Assembly (NCBI GenBank): GCA_029775855.1
Contig: JARVJZ010000003.1
Coordinates: forward strand, 32,001 to 96,000
DNA: 64,000 bases
Direction of reading: 5' to 3'
From: Nitrososphaeria archaeon
Lineage (GTDB): Archaea > Thermoproteota > Nitrososphaeria > Nitrososphaerales > JAAOZN01
Each line of letters opens with the position of its first letter. Within the stretch, counting starts at the first letter, position 1. Both the position numbers and the translations under genes were made by a program. The notes under the pieces are model-generated. The model saw nothing but the letters and a program-made list of their open reading frames with translations, searched no databases and was not told the origin of the DNA. Positions 1-11,242 of this stretch are shown piece after piece.

Positions 1-36
1 AAACTTATATGCCAAAAGAGCTAACTATACCTTAGG

Positions 37-1461
37 TTGCCTGGAGCAGAATTAAAACCATCAAGAAGGCTCGGTGTGCTGATTATAGCATCCATCGCGG
101 CTTTCATGGGAACCTTAGATGGGAGTATCGTGAACCTCGCTCTACCTAGCATCGCAAAAGCTCTAAACGCGGGTTTAGGTTATTTGATATTGGTGCCGAC
201 GATCTACCTCATCGTCTTAGCTTCCCTTCAAACCACATTTGGTAGGTTAGCTGATGTTAAAGGAAGGGTAAGAGTATTCAACTTTGGGGTAGTGGTCTTC
301 ACAGCAGCTTCTCTACTCGCTGGGCTTTCACAAGACATCTTGCAGCTGATCTTTTTCAGAGTAATTCAAGGCGCAGGCGCTGCCATAATGGCTGCTACTG
401 CTACCGCGATAGTAGCTGAAGCATATCCTCCTTCTAAAAGGGGTGCAGCTATCGGTGTAAATACCATGGCGGTCTACATAGGGTTAACAGTAGGGCCTGT
501 ATTAGGAGGCTTCTTGGTTCAAGTATTCGGCTGGAGATCCATCTTTCTAGTCAACTTGCCGATCGGAGGCTTAGTGCTTCTCTTATCTGTGTATTGGCTT
601 CGAGGCATGGGAGAAAGCTCTGTAAATCGAAGCTTTGACCTAGGGGGTTCAGCTACATTAACACTATTCCTTACCTCGCTGCTCTTAGTTTTAAGCCAAG
701 GAGACTTAGGTTTTAACACTGTGCAGACCGCAACACTTGCATCAGTTAGTTTAATATCTCTAGCAGCTTTCGTGCACATAGAAAGAAGGGTAAACGAGCC
801 GCTGATGGATCTTCATTTATTCACATCTAACAGATTATTCAGCGCAGGCAACATCACCGCGCTATTGAACTATTCGACAACAGCTGGAACCGTGCTTCTC
901 ATATCTATCCATCTTCAATCCATCTTAGGCTTCTCACCCTCAGAAGCTGGGCTCATAATACTAACTCAGCCGCTAGTAATGGTTATTGCCGCACCTATAG
1001 CTGGATGGCTCTCCGACCATATAGAAGCTAGGATATTAAGCTCAATAGGCATGTTAATCAGAACTTTAGGGCTTCTTATGTTAGCTTTCTATGATGCTGC
1101 TTTAAGCAGCAGCTTTATAGTGATTCCACTATTTATTTTAGGGTTAGGTAATGGGATGTTTTCATCGCCTAACACAAACTCCATACTCAGCTCCGTAAGT
1201 AGGGAGAGGTATGGGTTAGCATCTGGAACAATTGGCACAATGAGGACGATGGGTCAATCTATTGGGATAGCTCTTATGGGTTCTATCGTGTCGTATGCAA
1301 TGCCCTCTGGAACATTTATGCACCTCAGCTCAGATGCAAGTGGATTAACCACGCTCTTCGTTAACGGCGCCAAGACAGCTTTTTTGACTGCGTCAATTTT
1401 AAGTGGAATCGGCGTCTTTACATCCTTAATACGAGGAAAGGAAATCAAGCGTTCAAGTTAA
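37..1461 (+). CDS. MFS drug:H+ antiporter (DHA2/EmrB-like, 14 TM)
   Basis: LDGSIVNLALP, GRLADVKGR, RVIQGAGAA and GWRSIFLVNLPIG motifs; TTG start about 25 nt after CTTATAT. Confidence 0.9.
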   Translation: MPGAELKPSRRLGVLIIASIAAFMGTLDGSIVNLALPSIAKALNAGLGYLILVPTIYLIVLASLQTTFGRLADVKGRVRVFNFGVVVFTAASLLAGLSQDILQLIFFRVIQGAGAAIMAATATAIVAEAYPPSKRGAAIGVNTMAVYIGLTVGPVLGGFLVQVFGWRSIFLVNLPIGGLVLLLSVYWLRGMGESSVNRSFDLGGSATLTLFLTSLLLVLSQGDLGFNTVQTATLASVSLISLAAFVHIERRVNEPLMDLHLFTSNRLFSAGNITALLNYSTTAGTVLLISIHLQSILGFSPSEAGLIILTQPLVMVIAAPIAGWLSDHIEARILSSIGMLIRTLGLLMLAFYDAALSSSFIVIPLFILGLGNGMFSSPNTNSILSSVSRERYGLASGTIGTMRTMGQSIGIALMGSIVSYAMPSGTFMHLSSDASGLTTLFVNGAKTAFLTASILSGIGVFTSLIRGKEIKRSS

Positions 1462-1697
1462 GAGACTCGAATAGAGCGTTTAAAGTAGCTGAGAGTTAAA
1501 GCATAGAGGATCAACACCCAAAGGATAGCCAGAAGCGCTGAGGCAGCCACTTTTATTATAGCTTCAGCCAGAGGGCTAGCTCCCACATCAGAAAGATTCA
1601 TCGGAGCAATGTATCCAAATATTATCACTGTGCCCGAAAGCACCAGCACCCAAGCTACCAACATTATAGTAATCAAAGGTAGAAGCCTACGCCACAT
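1458..1697 (-). CDS. small two-TM membrane protein
   Basis: 79 aa with two hydrophobic helices, directly downstream of the GPT gene. Confidence 0.7.
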   Translation of the reverse strand: MWRRLLPLITIMLVAWVLVLSGTVIIFGYIAPMNLSDVGASPLAEAIIKVAASALLAILWVLILYALTLSYFKRSIRVS

Positions 1698-1701
1698 AAA
1701 C

Positions 1702-2685
1702 CTACCACCACGTCAACAAGGCAGTTGCTACCGCTAAAATAGCCGCTACACCCGTTAGCGTTAATATTGCTCTTGTAACTTCAGTCTCATTTAACGGACC
1801 TTTGGCAAGTATTAGCCGAGTCAATGTAATAGGAGCATCTTTACTTTGTGAGGGAGCGAGTCTAAAGTCTGGGAGCACCTTAATAGGTCTCTCCTTCACT
1901 TCACGATGCTCTATAATCCTCCTAACGCTTGATAGGAAGAAGAAGGAGTTTAATATGGCTGGGAGAAGCGCTATTACACCAACAACTTCTGCGCGCCCAC
2001 ATATAGCTAAAGCGCCGTAGAGGGCTCCTAATGCAAGAGTGCCAGAGTCTCCAGGGAAGATCTTTGAGGGATTCCTATGATATAGGTAGAAGATGCTTGT
2101 CGATGCAATAAAGGGAAGCGCTGCTGTGAATATGATCCAATCTCCTCGTAAAGCGAAGGCTACCATTAGGGGTATAGTCGCTATAAGGGTAAAGCCGGAT
2201 ACGACTCCGTTGAAGACATCGATGGTGTTTATCGTGTTTGCTGTTACTGGAATAGCTATTAGGATCAGCAGCGGGTAGACTATAAAGAGCCTAACAGACT
2301 TTCCGTAAATTGGGAATAGGGGTTGAGGAACATAAGCGCCTAAGAGTATTATAGGTAATGCTGCAAGTATGAGGAGGATAGGTTTATAGTAGCCTTTTAG
2401 ATGCTTCACATCGTCTATAAAACCTATGATGCCAGCTAACAGTAGAGTGAATGATAACGCAAGCAACCTAATGTCTCGAGTAGCATAATAAAGTATGCCT
2501 TCACCAATCAGAATAGACACGATTAACGCAGGACCAGCAGGCCTTGGAATGAGTGGTCTATTAGGTTTATGCGCATCTTCCACCACCCAACCATTTCTCT
2601 TAAGAATGTTAATCAAGATCTTCATTAAAAGATATGTGAATAAACTGCTCACCACGATTACGATAAGTGCGAGCTCTATATACAA
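1702..2685 (-). CDS. aglH: UDP-GlcNAc:dolichol-phosphate GlcNAc-1-P transferase (GPT/AglH, MraY family)
   Basis: GFIDD, NTINTIDVFNG and KIFPGDSGT motifs; multiple TM helices. Confidence 0.85.
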   Translation of the reverse strand: MYIELALIVIVVSSLFTYLLMKILINILKRNGWVVEDAHKPNRPLIPRPAGPALIVSILIGEGILYYATRDIRLLALSFTLLLAGIIGFIDDVKHLKGYYKPILLILAALPIILLGAYVPQPLFPIYGKSVRLFIVYPLLILIAIPVTANTINTIDVFNGVVSGFTLIATIPLMVAFALRGDWIIFTAALPFIASTSIFYLYHRNPSKIFPGDSGTLALGALYGALAICGRAEVVGVIALLPAILNSFFFLSSVRRIIEHREVKERPIKVLPDFRLAPSQSKDAPITLTRLILAKGPLNETEVTRAILTLTGVAAILAVATALLTWW

Positions 2686-2778
2686 GCCAACACCGCCTTC
2701 GAAACCTTACTCTTAAGCATGTTAAAACTATTTTCAGCTAAAAGGTTACTTTTTATATATCGGGAAAGAGCATAGTGT

Positions 2779-3081
2779 TTGAGTGCCGATTTGAAGATAA
2801 TTGAACTTAAAGACGGTATGCGCAGAGTTGATGTCGAGGGGACAATTCTGGATAAAAGTGAACCTAGAACCGTTAATCTAAGAGCTGGTGGTCAAGCTAC
2901 AGTAGTTGAGTGCACACTTAAAGATGATTCAGGCTCTATAAAGCTTAGCCTATGGGATGACCTTATCGACAAGGTCAATGTAGGAGATACAGTAAAAGTT
3001 GAGAATGGATATGTTAACTCCTTCAGAGGGGAGCTAAGACTTAATGTAGGTAGATATGGTAGGCTGTTTGTAACAGGTTAA
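2779..3081 (+). CDS. ssb: single-OB-fold ssDNA-binding protein (crenarchaeal SSB/RPA type)
   Basis: LKDDSGSIKLSLW and ENGYVNSFRGELRLNVGRYG. Confidence 0.9.
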   Translation: MSADLKIIELKDGMRRVDVEGTILDKSEPRTVNLRAGGQATVVECTLKDDSGSIKLSLWDDLIDKVNVGDTVKVENGYVNSFRGELRLNVGRYGRLFVTG

Positions 3082-3878
3082 ATTAAGAAGAGTCTAGTTA
3101 TGAGCATGTAGATGCTTATTCCTACTATGACTATGCTAAATACTCTGCGAAGCATTAAGCTACTCATCTTTTTAGCCAGCCTTGAACCTATTTGAGCACC
3201 AACTATTACACCTACTACTAGAGGTATAGCGTATTCAAACAGAATGTGCCCTAGAATTAGATGCATAGCCAACCCGGAGAGGGATGTGAAGATTATTGTG
3301 AATGTTGAAGTCGCCACGGCGTAATGAATCCCTACACCAAACACGATGTTGAAGATAGGCACAACAAATATGCCTCCTCCAACTCCAAACATCCCAGCCA
3401 TTACACCAGCGCCGAAGAGCGTTAACATGGAAGCAAAAACACTAATCTTCCTTGCGCTACCAGGTCTACTAGACTCAAAAGAAGACCTACCTCTATCTTT
3501 TGTAAACAGCATGCTGAGAGATATTAAAAAGAGCATAATGCTAAAGACCACAGCAAGCAGTTGGGAAGACATATACTTTGTTATATCCGCACCTAAAAGT
3601 GCTCCCGGCACAGTCGACGCTGATGTGAGTAAACCGAGCCAAAATATAATGCGTTTTTGCCTAATATACTCTATGGTTGCTGAAGTTGCCGTAGCGAAGA
3701 CCGCTACTAGGCTTGCTCCAACTGCGATATGTGTCGGCAGACCCAAGCCTAAAACTAGAGTTGGTACTATAAGAATGCCTCCACCCAAGCCTAGCATAGA
3801 GCTGAATGTTCCTATTAGGACACCTATAGGCACTAACGCTAAGAAAGAGAGAAAGGAGAGATCGACCACGTTAATCAC
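3078..3878 (-). CDS. sulfite exporter TauE/SafE family protein
   Basis: repeated GLGGG/GVGGG motifs and about 8 TM helices. Confidence 0.88.
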   Translation of the reverse strand: MINVVDLSFLSFLALVPIGVLIGTFSSMLGLGGGILIVPTLVLGLGLPTHIAVGASLVAVFATATSATIEYIRQKRIIFWLGLLTSASTVPGALLGADITKYMSSQLLAVVFSIMLFLISLSMLFTKDRGRSSFESSRPGSARKISVFASMLTLFGAGVMAGMFGVGGGIFVVPIFNIVFGVGIHYAVATSTFTIIFTSLSGLAMHLILGHILFEYAIPLVVGVIVGAQIGSRLAKKMSSLMLRRVFSIVIVGISIYMLITRLFLI

Positions 3879-3980
3879 ATCACACCGTTGTTTATGTATG
3901 ATATGAATATTATGCTAACACTAATTTTTAGAAAGATTAAATGATAATGTTTATTGAGCCGTGTCTACGGTTAGGTTGCT

Positions 3981-5075
3981 ATGTCCCTAACCATCGTTGA
4001 TGTAATGGTTATTCTCATATCTCTAGCTGCAGCATTTCTGCTCGCCGTAGCCACACTTGTCTTCTTTAGAAGATACATCAGACGTTTTGCAGCTAGAACC
4101 AAAACCAGATTAGACGATGTTATCTTATCGGCGATAGAATGGCCTCTGATGCTTCTTATACTTGGTGTAGGCGTAGTCTTTTCTCTTAGATACCTAAACG
4201 AGAAGATCCCAAACATCCTACCAGACTGGGTGGTTTTGAGCTTGACGCCAATCACATACGCTATCATCACACTCATGATCACTTCTTTATTGGTTGCGGC
4301 AGTTAACCAGTTAAGTTCGACGCGCATAAAGAAACTCGTTGAAAGTGTTCCTGAGAAGGAGACCATGTTTAGGCTCCTTAACCGTCTGCTTGTGTCTCTC
4401 ATCTATATAGTAGGTGGGTTGGTGGCGCTATCCATCATATATCCTGGGGTGACTGGCGCGCTTTCAACGCTGCTGCTAGGCGCAGGTTTCCTAGGTATAG
4501 TGGTGGGTCTGGCGGCTCAGAGAGTTTTAGGAAACTTGCTTTCAGGCATAAACATCAACCTAGCGCATCCTATAAGAGTTGGAGATGCTGTGATGATAAA
4601 AGGTGAATACGGCTTCGTAACCGACATAACGCTTCGCCATACCGTTATCAGAACGTGGGATAATAGACGACTCATAATTCCAAACTCGGTTCTTGATGAT
4701 GAAGTTATAATCAACTATACGCTGGAGGATCCTAAGAAGCTCTTCGGAATAGTGCTCTATGTGCCCTATGATACAAACATAGAAAGGGTGGCTCAAATAA
4801 TGATTGAAGAAGCAAAGAAGCATCCAGATGTGCTGCCAGACCTTGCACCGATATTTCAAATATTGAACTTTGAGAAGGAATCTATTCAACTAAGATTACT
4901 CTTTATGGCAAAAGATCAAGGAACCGCATTTAACACTGCGGTCGAGCTTAGGAGGAGCATAAAGAAGAGGTTCGATGAAGAAGGGATAAAGATGAGCTGC
5001 GTAACTAACTACATAATTCCTAGCCGAATAGCTATGAAGATGCCCTCTGAAGGTGTGCAAACACTTAATATGTAG
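3981..5075 (+). CDS. mscS: small-conductance mechanosensitive channel (MscS family)
   Basis: GLAAQ..LGNLLSG, PIRVGD, G.VTDITLRHT and IIPNS. Confidence 0.9.
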   Translation: MSLTIVDVMVILISLAAAFLLAVATLVFFRRYIRRFAARTKTRLDDVILSAIEWPLMLLILGVGVVFSLRYLNEKIPNILPDWVVLSLTPITYAIITLMITSLLVAAVNQLSSTRIKKLVESVPEKETMFRLLNRLLVSLIYIVGGLVALSIIYPGVTGALSTLLLGAGFLGIVVGLAAQRVLGNLLSGININLAHPIRVGDAVMIKGEYGFVTDITLRHTVIRTWDNRRLIIPNSVLDDEVIINYTLEDPKKLFGIVLYVPYDTNIERVAQIMIEEAKKHPDVLPDLAPIFQILNFEKESIQLRLLFMAKDQGTAFNTAVELRRSIKKRFDEEGIKMSCVTNYIIPSRIAMKMPSEGVQTLNM

Positions 5076-5094
5076 CATAGAGTTGAAGTGAAAT

Positions 5095-6327
5095 ATGGTG
5101 CACATAGGGCTTAGATGCACAAAATGCAAAGCAACTTATCCTAAAGGTACGCTCTACCTATGCCCAAAATGTCAAGGCATACTTGATGTTGAATACAATT
5201 ATGATAAGATTGTTCTAAGCCGCAAAGCACTTGAACAGAGTTTAGACAGAACGGTATGGCGATATCGAGACCTACTCCCTTGCTCAAAAGAAGCAAAAGA
5301 AGTCAGCTTAGGAGAAGGGGGCACACCACTGCACAAAGCAAGTAGATTAACAGCCATTCTAGGCACGAATGTGATGCTGAAGGATGAGAGCAGAAACCCC
5401 ACCGGCTCGTTTAAAGATAGGGCTATCAGTGTAGCGGTTTCTTGGGCTATTGAGCAAGGTGCAAAGCGTCTCGTCTCTGCATCCTCTGGAAACGCAGCAG
5501 CATCTGTAGCTGCTTATTCGGCTAAGGCTGGGCTTGACTGCTACTTGCTCTTTGACTCTAAGTCTCCTCCTACAAAGCATCTCCAACCTACTGTTTATGG
5601 TGCTAAAGGTTTATCTGTGAAAAATCTGTTTACCGGCACCCCTCAAGATTTGAGTGAACTACTCTATACATTATCCAACCGCCTTGACGCATACAATATC
5701 TTCTGCTGGGCGCTCATAAACCCCTATACACTTGAAGGCAACAAAACCATAGCCTACGAGATATGTGAGGCGTTAAACTGGAGTGCCCCGGATGCGGTAG
5801 TAGTCCCAGTAGGTGGAGGAGATAACTTGGTAGCAGAGTGGAAGGGGTTCAAAGAAATGTTGGGAATGGGGTTGATAGATAAGCTGCCTAAGATGGTAGG
5901 TGTGCAGTCAACTAAAGCAGACCCTCTTGTAAAAGCGTGGAAGAGTGGCAGCGAGACAGTAGCCCCCATAGAGACACCTTCAAGCATAGCTTCAGGCATA
6001 AATGTGCCCTACACAGGAGACCACACACTTAAGGCGATAAGAGAATCTAAAGGGGCTGCTGTCGCTGTAGATGATGAAGAGATCCTTTTAGCGGAGAAAG
6101 AAATAGCCAGCTTAGAAGGGGTTTGGGTTGAACCTTCTTCAGCCTCAGCTGTAGCAGCTGTGCCTAAACTTGTGGAATCAGGCATAGTGTCAAAAGATGA
6201 TGTGGTCGTATGTGTGCTTACCGGAAGCGGGTTAAAGGATACGGACGCTGCACGGAAGTTTACACCTACTGTCCAGAAGGTTAACAGAGATTTAGAGGAG
6301 ATAATGCGTGCTTTTAAACGCATGTAA
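5095..6327 (+). CDS. thrC: threonine synthase (PLP, fold type II) with N-terminal Zn ribbon
   Basis: SLGEGGTPL, NPTGSFKDR, ASSGNAA, VPVGGGDN and LTGSGLKD. Confidence 0.85.
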   Translation: MVHIGLRCTKCKATYPKGTLYLCPKCQGILDVEYNYDKIVLSRKALEQSLDRTVWRYRDLLPCSKEAKEVSLGEGGTPLHKASRLTAILGTNVMLKDESRNPTGSFKDRAISVAVSWAIEQGAKRLVSASSGNAAASVAAYSAKAGLDCYLLFDSKSPPTKHLQPTVYGAKGLSVKNLFTGTPQDLSELLYTLSNRLDAYNIFCWALINPYTLEGNKTIAYEICEALNWSAPDAVVVPVGGGDNLVAEWKGFKEMLGMGLIDKLPKMVGVQSTKADPLVKAWKSGSETVAPIETPSSIASGINVPYTGDHTLKAIRESKGAAVAVDDEEILLAEKEIASLEGVWVEPSSASAVAAVPKLVESGIVSKDDVVVCVLTGSGLKDTDAARKFTPTVQKVNRDLEEIMRAFKRM

Positions 6328-6370
6328 ACCTGAAAGTAAGATTTTATTTCTAGAAGCGCGTCATAATTAA

Positions 6371-7783
6371 TTGGATGATTTGAACGAAGATTACAGAGTA
6401 GAAAGTGATACTTTAGGGGAAGTAAGGGTGCCCGCTACAGCTTACTACGGCGCCCAAACACAGCGAGCATTAGAAAACTTCCAGATATCTAACCTGAAGT
6501 TTCCAAGTATTTTCATAAGAGCACTAGCTTTGATAAAGCTAGCAGCAGCCAAAACGAACATAACACTAGGACTATTGGATAAGCAGATAGGTGAGGCAAT
6601 AATCAAAGCTTGTGAAGAGCTCCTAAATGGTAAATTCGATGACCAATTTCCATTAGATGTCTTTCAAACAGGCTCGGGCACGTCAACTAACATGAATGTG
6701 AATGAAGTCTTAGCAAACAGAGCCAGCGAGATCCTAGGTGGCAGCAGAGGTGATAAGAAGCTTGTCCACCCAAACGACCACGTGAACATGTGCCAATCAA
6801 CAAACGATGTCTTCCCAACCGCTATTAACATAGCTTCACTAGAAACGCTAAAGAAAGACTTGCTCCCTTCTATGCGCCTATTAAGGGATGCATTCAAGAG
6901 GAAGGTGGAGGAATTTAAAGACGTTATAAAATCTGCTAGAACACATCTCCAAGATGCAGTGCCTATAACGTTGGGACAAGAGTTCAGTGGTTATGAGAGT
7001 ATGGTTGAGCATGCTATAAGAAGAGTAGAGTCAACACAGGATTCATTATGTGAAATCCCTCTTGGAGGCACAGCGGTTGGCACAGGATTAAATGCGCACC
7101 CCTCTTACGCCGCTCTGACTATAGCAGAGCTTAATAGGTTGACTGGACTTGCTTTGAGGAAAGCGGAAAACACATTTGAAGCGATGCAAAGTAGGGACGC
7201 AAATGTAGAGTTAAGCAGCGCCTTAAAAGAATATGCGGTATCCCTCATGAAGATAGCAAACGACCTACGCCTACTATACTCAGGACCAAGAACAGGCTTG
7301 GGTGAAATAATTCTACCTGCTATTCAACCAGGTTCAAGCATAATGCCGGGGAAAGTAAATCCGGTTGTGCCTGAGATGGTTAATATGGTTGCTGCTAAAG
7401 TTATAGGAAATGATGTCACGATAACTGTAGCGGGGCAAGCTGGTAACCTTGATTTGAACACTATGATGCCTATTATAGCCTACACACTACTTGAATCGAT
7501 AAGCATTCTGGCTTCAGCGAGCAGAACCCTAGCGAGATGTGTAGATGGAATCGTGGCGGATAGATTGAGATGCCTAAAATATGCAGAATCTTCCGTCGCT
7601 CTAATAACGGTCTTAGCACCTAAAATAGGTTACGAAGAAGCGGCTAAAATTGCAAGAAAGGCTCTAGAAGGGGGTAAGAGCATCAGAGATCTTGTTGTGG
7701 AAGAAGGCTTGCTGACAAAAGAAGAAGCGAATAGCGTGCTTAACCTAAAGAAACTTACAGAAGGCGGTATAATTCATGCTTAA
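6371..7783 (+). CDS. fumC: class II fumarate hydratase (aspartase superfamily)
   Basis: QTGSGTSTNMNVNEV, HPNDHVN, RTHLQDAVP and GSSIMPGKVNP. Confidence 0.85.
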   Translation: MDDLNEDYRVESDTLGEVRVPATAYYGAQTQRALENFQISNLKFPSIFIRALALIKLAAAKTNITLGLLDKQIGEAIIKACEELLNGKFDDQFPLDVFQTGSGTSTNMNVNEVLANRASEILGGSRGDKKLVHPNDHVNMCQSTNDVFPTAINIASLETLKKDLLPSMRLLRDAFKRKVEEFKDVIKSARTHLQDAVPITLGQEFSGYESMVEHAIRRVESTQDSLCEIPLGGTAVGTGLNAHPSYAALTIAELNRLTGLALRKAENTFEAMQSRDANVELSSALKEYAVSLMKIANDLRLLYSGPRTGLGEIILPAIQPGSSIMPGKVNPVVPEMVNMVAAKVIGNDVTITVAGQAGNLDLNTMMPIIAYTLLESISILASASRTLARCVDGIVADRLRCLKYAESSVALITVLAPKIGYEEAAKIARKALEGGKSIRDLVVEEGLLTKEEANSVLNLKKLTEGGIIHA

Positions 7784-7785
7784 AC

Positions 7786-7822
7786 AAAAAAGGGATGGGC
7801 TCCATCTTTTTGCTAGGAGCCC
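7786..7822. terminator. hairpin/T-tract terminator between convergent fumC and zfx
   Basis: GGGCTCC...GGAGCCC and AAAAAGGGATGG...CCATCTTTTT inverted repeats, with T-tracts on both strands. Confidence 0.5.
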
Positions 7823-7830
7823 TTAAGAGT

Positions 7831-8172
<342 letters not shown>

Positions 8173-8225
8173 TTACCATAATATATTTAAATTGAACTAT
8201 TTGAGTTGCTCTGTAGAGTTTATGT

Positions 8226-9914
8226 TTAGTATGTGGTGTAGTAGCGGATGAGGCTTCTTGCTATATCGATCTTAGCTATTACACCTATTAACTCGCCTTT
8301 GTTATCGACTACATAGATGTGGTCAGCATTTTTATTGAGCATAATCGTGACAACTTCATTTAGAGGAGTGGTGAGGGGTACGGCAACGGGTTTCTCTGCG
8401 TAGGTGGTTAATACTGGGAGTTTAAGGGATTTTCTAGAGGCAGAGACTAATTCCTCAAGTCTAACAACGCCGATAGGTCTTTTGCCGCTGTCCACTATAG
8501 GTAGAACCCTATATGGCACAGCCTCAAACTTCTTAAGAGCCGTTGCAACATTCTCATCTTCAGTTAATGTAATGGGGTTATCTGACATCACATCAGAGGC
8601 CTTAAGCCGACTTATTATTTGGGGAGCTATCTTTGAGGCTTTACCGTAGATGCGCTCTAACGCGAGCTCCTCTTCATAAACCTTAGCCGAAGGCTGAGAC
8701 GGAAATAAAGAGAGAGAACCAGAAGCGAAGAAACTACAGAGAGATGCCAAAAGCCCTGGGATAATAGCATACGGGCCGGCTGTCTCTGCTATGAATGCGG
8801 CTGGTGCGAGGAAGATTTTGTGGGTTCCTGAGAGCATGGCAGCCATCCCTACCGCAAGATAAGTTGGTTCAATCGTTTGTGTGACTGCGATTGAGTAAGA
8901 TGCGCCTATTAATGCGCCTTCTACGATGGTTGGTGTTAGAAGGCCGCCGCTTCCCCCGAAGTTTAGGAATATGGTTGTTGAGAACAGTCTGAGAATTGTT
9001 AGTGTTAAGAGTAATGGGATTGTGTATGCCGATTTGTTTGACGCTAAGTTTTCTACGGTTTCATACCCCGCGCCGATGCTTTCGAAGTTTATGAAGCCAA
9101 TTAAACCCAGACTTAATCCCCCTATAAGGAGGAGCAGACCAAAACCGCCTCGAACCAAAGATCTTCGCCCTAAGCTATCCGCCAGATTATACACTCTAAC
9201 AAAGAATGCAGAGTAGAGCCCACAGATTACGCCAAGTATGATAGAGTGCGCAATTACATTTAAGTTCAAAGATGGGGTTGAGGGTAAATAGAAGATAGGT
9301 GCGATACCGCCCAAAACCACAGCAACTGAATACGAAAGAGCAGATGCTACTGCAGCTTCGACAAAAGCCTCTTTCTCTACATCCCTTTTATAGGGTATCT
9401 CTATAGCGAATAATATGGCTGTAAATGGGGCTTTAAATAACGCTGAGAAGCCAGCTGCAACGCCAGCCAAATAAATCTTCCTTTGCTTCTGGAAAGGCAC
9501 CTTAAACAATCTTGAGATAGCGGCGCCTATTCCCCCTCCAGCTACTATTGCTGGGCCTTCTAGTCCAGCAGTGCCGCTTAACATAATTGAAGTGGTTGAA
9601 GCAAGTGTCCTTACTGTTGTTTCTCTCATTGAGAGATGTCCAGCCCTTAAATGGAGTGTTTCAAGCATAAGGTGGATGTCGCTGTTTCTCGACTTGGTTG
9701 CAGAGAAGTATTGAATAAGTGTAAAGCTTAGAGTTATAGAGAGTAGTGTAATAATGAAGATTAACTCCTTTTCTTTCAACATAGCTGTCTTTATCAGAGC
9801 CCAAGTATATTGGTAGGCGAATCCCAGCGCTACTGTAATTAATCCTGCGGTAGCTGCTGTGGCAATAAGTATGAGGATATACGCTTTATTTCGTAAGATT
9901 AAGTTGAGCATCAA
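8226..9914 (-). CDS. ClC chloride channel/antiporter with C-terminal CBS pair
   Basis: GLEGP, AAGFSALFKAP..AILFAIE and GGSGGLLTP; CBS repeats (DVMS, VLPIVD, IYVVD). Confidence 0.9.
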   Translation of the reverse strand: MMLNLILRNKAYILILIATAATAGLITVALGFAYQYTWALIKTAMLKEKELIFIITLLSITLSFTLIQYFSATKSRNSDIHLMLETLHLRAGHLSMRETTVRTLASTTSIMLSGTAGLEGPAIVAGGGIGAAISRLFKVPFQKQRKIYLAGVAAGFSALFKAPFTAILFAIEIPYKRDVEKEAFVEAAVASALSYSVAVVLGGIAPIFYLPSTPSLNLNVIAHSIILGVICGLYSAFFVRVYNLADSLGRRSLVRGGFGLLLLIGGLSLGLIGFINFESIGAGYETVENLASNKSAYTIPLLLTLTILRLFSTTIFLNFGGSGGLLTPTIVEGALIGASYSIAVTQTIEPTYLAVGMAAMLSGTHKIFLAPAAFIAETAGPYAIIPGLLASLCSFFASGSLSLFPSQPSAKVYEEELALERIYGKASKIAPQIISRLKASDVMSDNPITLTEDENVATALKKFEAVPYRVLPIVDSGKRPIGVVRLEELVSASRKSLKLPVLTTYAEKPVAVPLTTPLNEVVTIMLNKNADHIYVVDNKGELIGVIAKIDIARSLIRYYTTY

Positions 9915-9967
9915 AGTTATTTACCACTCTACCTTAGCATAGGCATATATTATTTAAGGTGTAGACG

Positions 9968-11236
9968 ATGGGTGGAGCTAATAAGGTTATTAAATCTCTA
10001 GGCCGCTCAGGTTGGTTTTCTCTTATACCCTTTTACGCCGCTGTTCAAGGTGTGTCTGTTTACATTCCACTGGCGATAATTAGGTTAGGTGGAGATGTTA
10101 GAGATGTGAGCTTTGCCGCTTCTGCTTATAACCTTGCCTTGATACCTACAACGCTGCTTTGGGGATACTTATGTGATGTGACTGGATTAAGGAAAGGTTT
10201 GATTTATTTAGCTTCGTTAGTAAGCTTTTTATGCTCAACCGCGTTCTATTTTTCGAATAATGTAGCTCTCTTGATTATTATTTTCGGTGTGTATTCTCAG
10301 ACTGCATCTCTTTTTGCACCCGCTTTTAACTTACTCATATTAGAGACGCTGCCTAAGAAGAGTTGGGAAAAAGGCTACACGCTATCGAATCTTTACATGT
10401 TCATTGGGCAGATAATCGGTATGGTTGCTGGCGTAGTTTGGACAATCTTCTTCTCGGTCTCAACATATCCTTTGCTGTCTGCTGTCTTCTCTATTGTGGG
10501 GCTTTTAACCGCTTTAACACTGCCCAAGCCGAAGGTTCTATTAGAGCGGCGCTCTATTTTGTGGTCAGCCCAAGGGCTTATACATAAGATGACTCATTTA
10601 CCACTAATCTTTGTAAGGCGTCCTCGTTTAACTGACTATAAGTCAGTGGCAGCTATGGGTAAGAGAGCTCTAACGAGGGAAATACCGATGATATTTGCCG
10701 CAGCCTTCCTCTTTATGCTCTCAGCCAACTTCTTCTTCACACCTTATACACCATACTTGAAACATACTGGTCTTTCAGATTCACAAGTAATATTTCTCAA
10801 CATCTACATAGTAGCTGCTAACGCTATCACATCCCAATTCTTGTTAAAGAGGTTTAGCGGCAAAGTTTCACATTCAGTAGCGAGCAGAGCTTTAATGGCT
10901 AGAGCGATTGGTATGCTCTTAGGAGCGTTCTTCGCATCATTCGCGGTGGATGAATGGAGCTTCTACACCACTATGCTCATTTACACTCTACTAGGCTCAG
11001 CGTATGCTACAATTAACATAAATCTAACTTCTCTTCTATTCAAGGCACTGCCCTTAGGAAAGCAAGGTGGGCTGCTAGGTGTGTTCAGCTCATTGAATGG
11101 GCTCGCTTCTCTAGTAGGCGCATTCGCCTCAGGCTATTCAGCATACTACTTGGGCTACACAGCAACCTTCTTCATAGCCGCGCTCTTGGTGTTTTTAGCA
11201 TCAATTCTGCTAGAATTGCACTACCAAGAGCAATAG
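9968..11236 (+). CDS. MFS transporter
   Basis: about 12 TM helices; WGYLCDVTGLRK motif-A-like. Confidence 0.8.
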   Translation: MGGANKVIKSLGRSGWFSLIPFYAAVQGVSVYIPLAIIRLGGDVRDVSFAASAYNLALIPTTLLWGYLCDVTGLRKGLIYLASLVSFLCSTAFYFSNNVALLIIIFGVYSQTASLFAPAFNLLILETLPKKSWEKGYTLSNLYMFIGQIIGMVAGVVWTIFFSVSTYPLLSAVFSIVGLLTALTLPKPKVLLERRSILWSAQGLIHKMTHLPLIFVRRPRLTDYKSVAAMGKRALTREIPMIFAAAFLFMLSANFFFTPYTPYLKHTGLSDSQVIFLNIYIVAANAITSQFLLKRFSGKVSHSVASRALMARAIGMLLGAFFASFAVDEWSFYTTMLIYTLLGSAYATININLTSLLFKALPLGKQGGLLGVFSSLNGLASLVGAFASGYSAYYLGYTATFFIAALLVFLASILLELHYQEQ

Positions 11237-11242
11237 TTTATC

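Noticed and set aside
3346-3906. Long antisense ORFs (this one, also 25021-25656 and similar)
   Set aside because: They are shadows of well-supported genes on the opposite strand.
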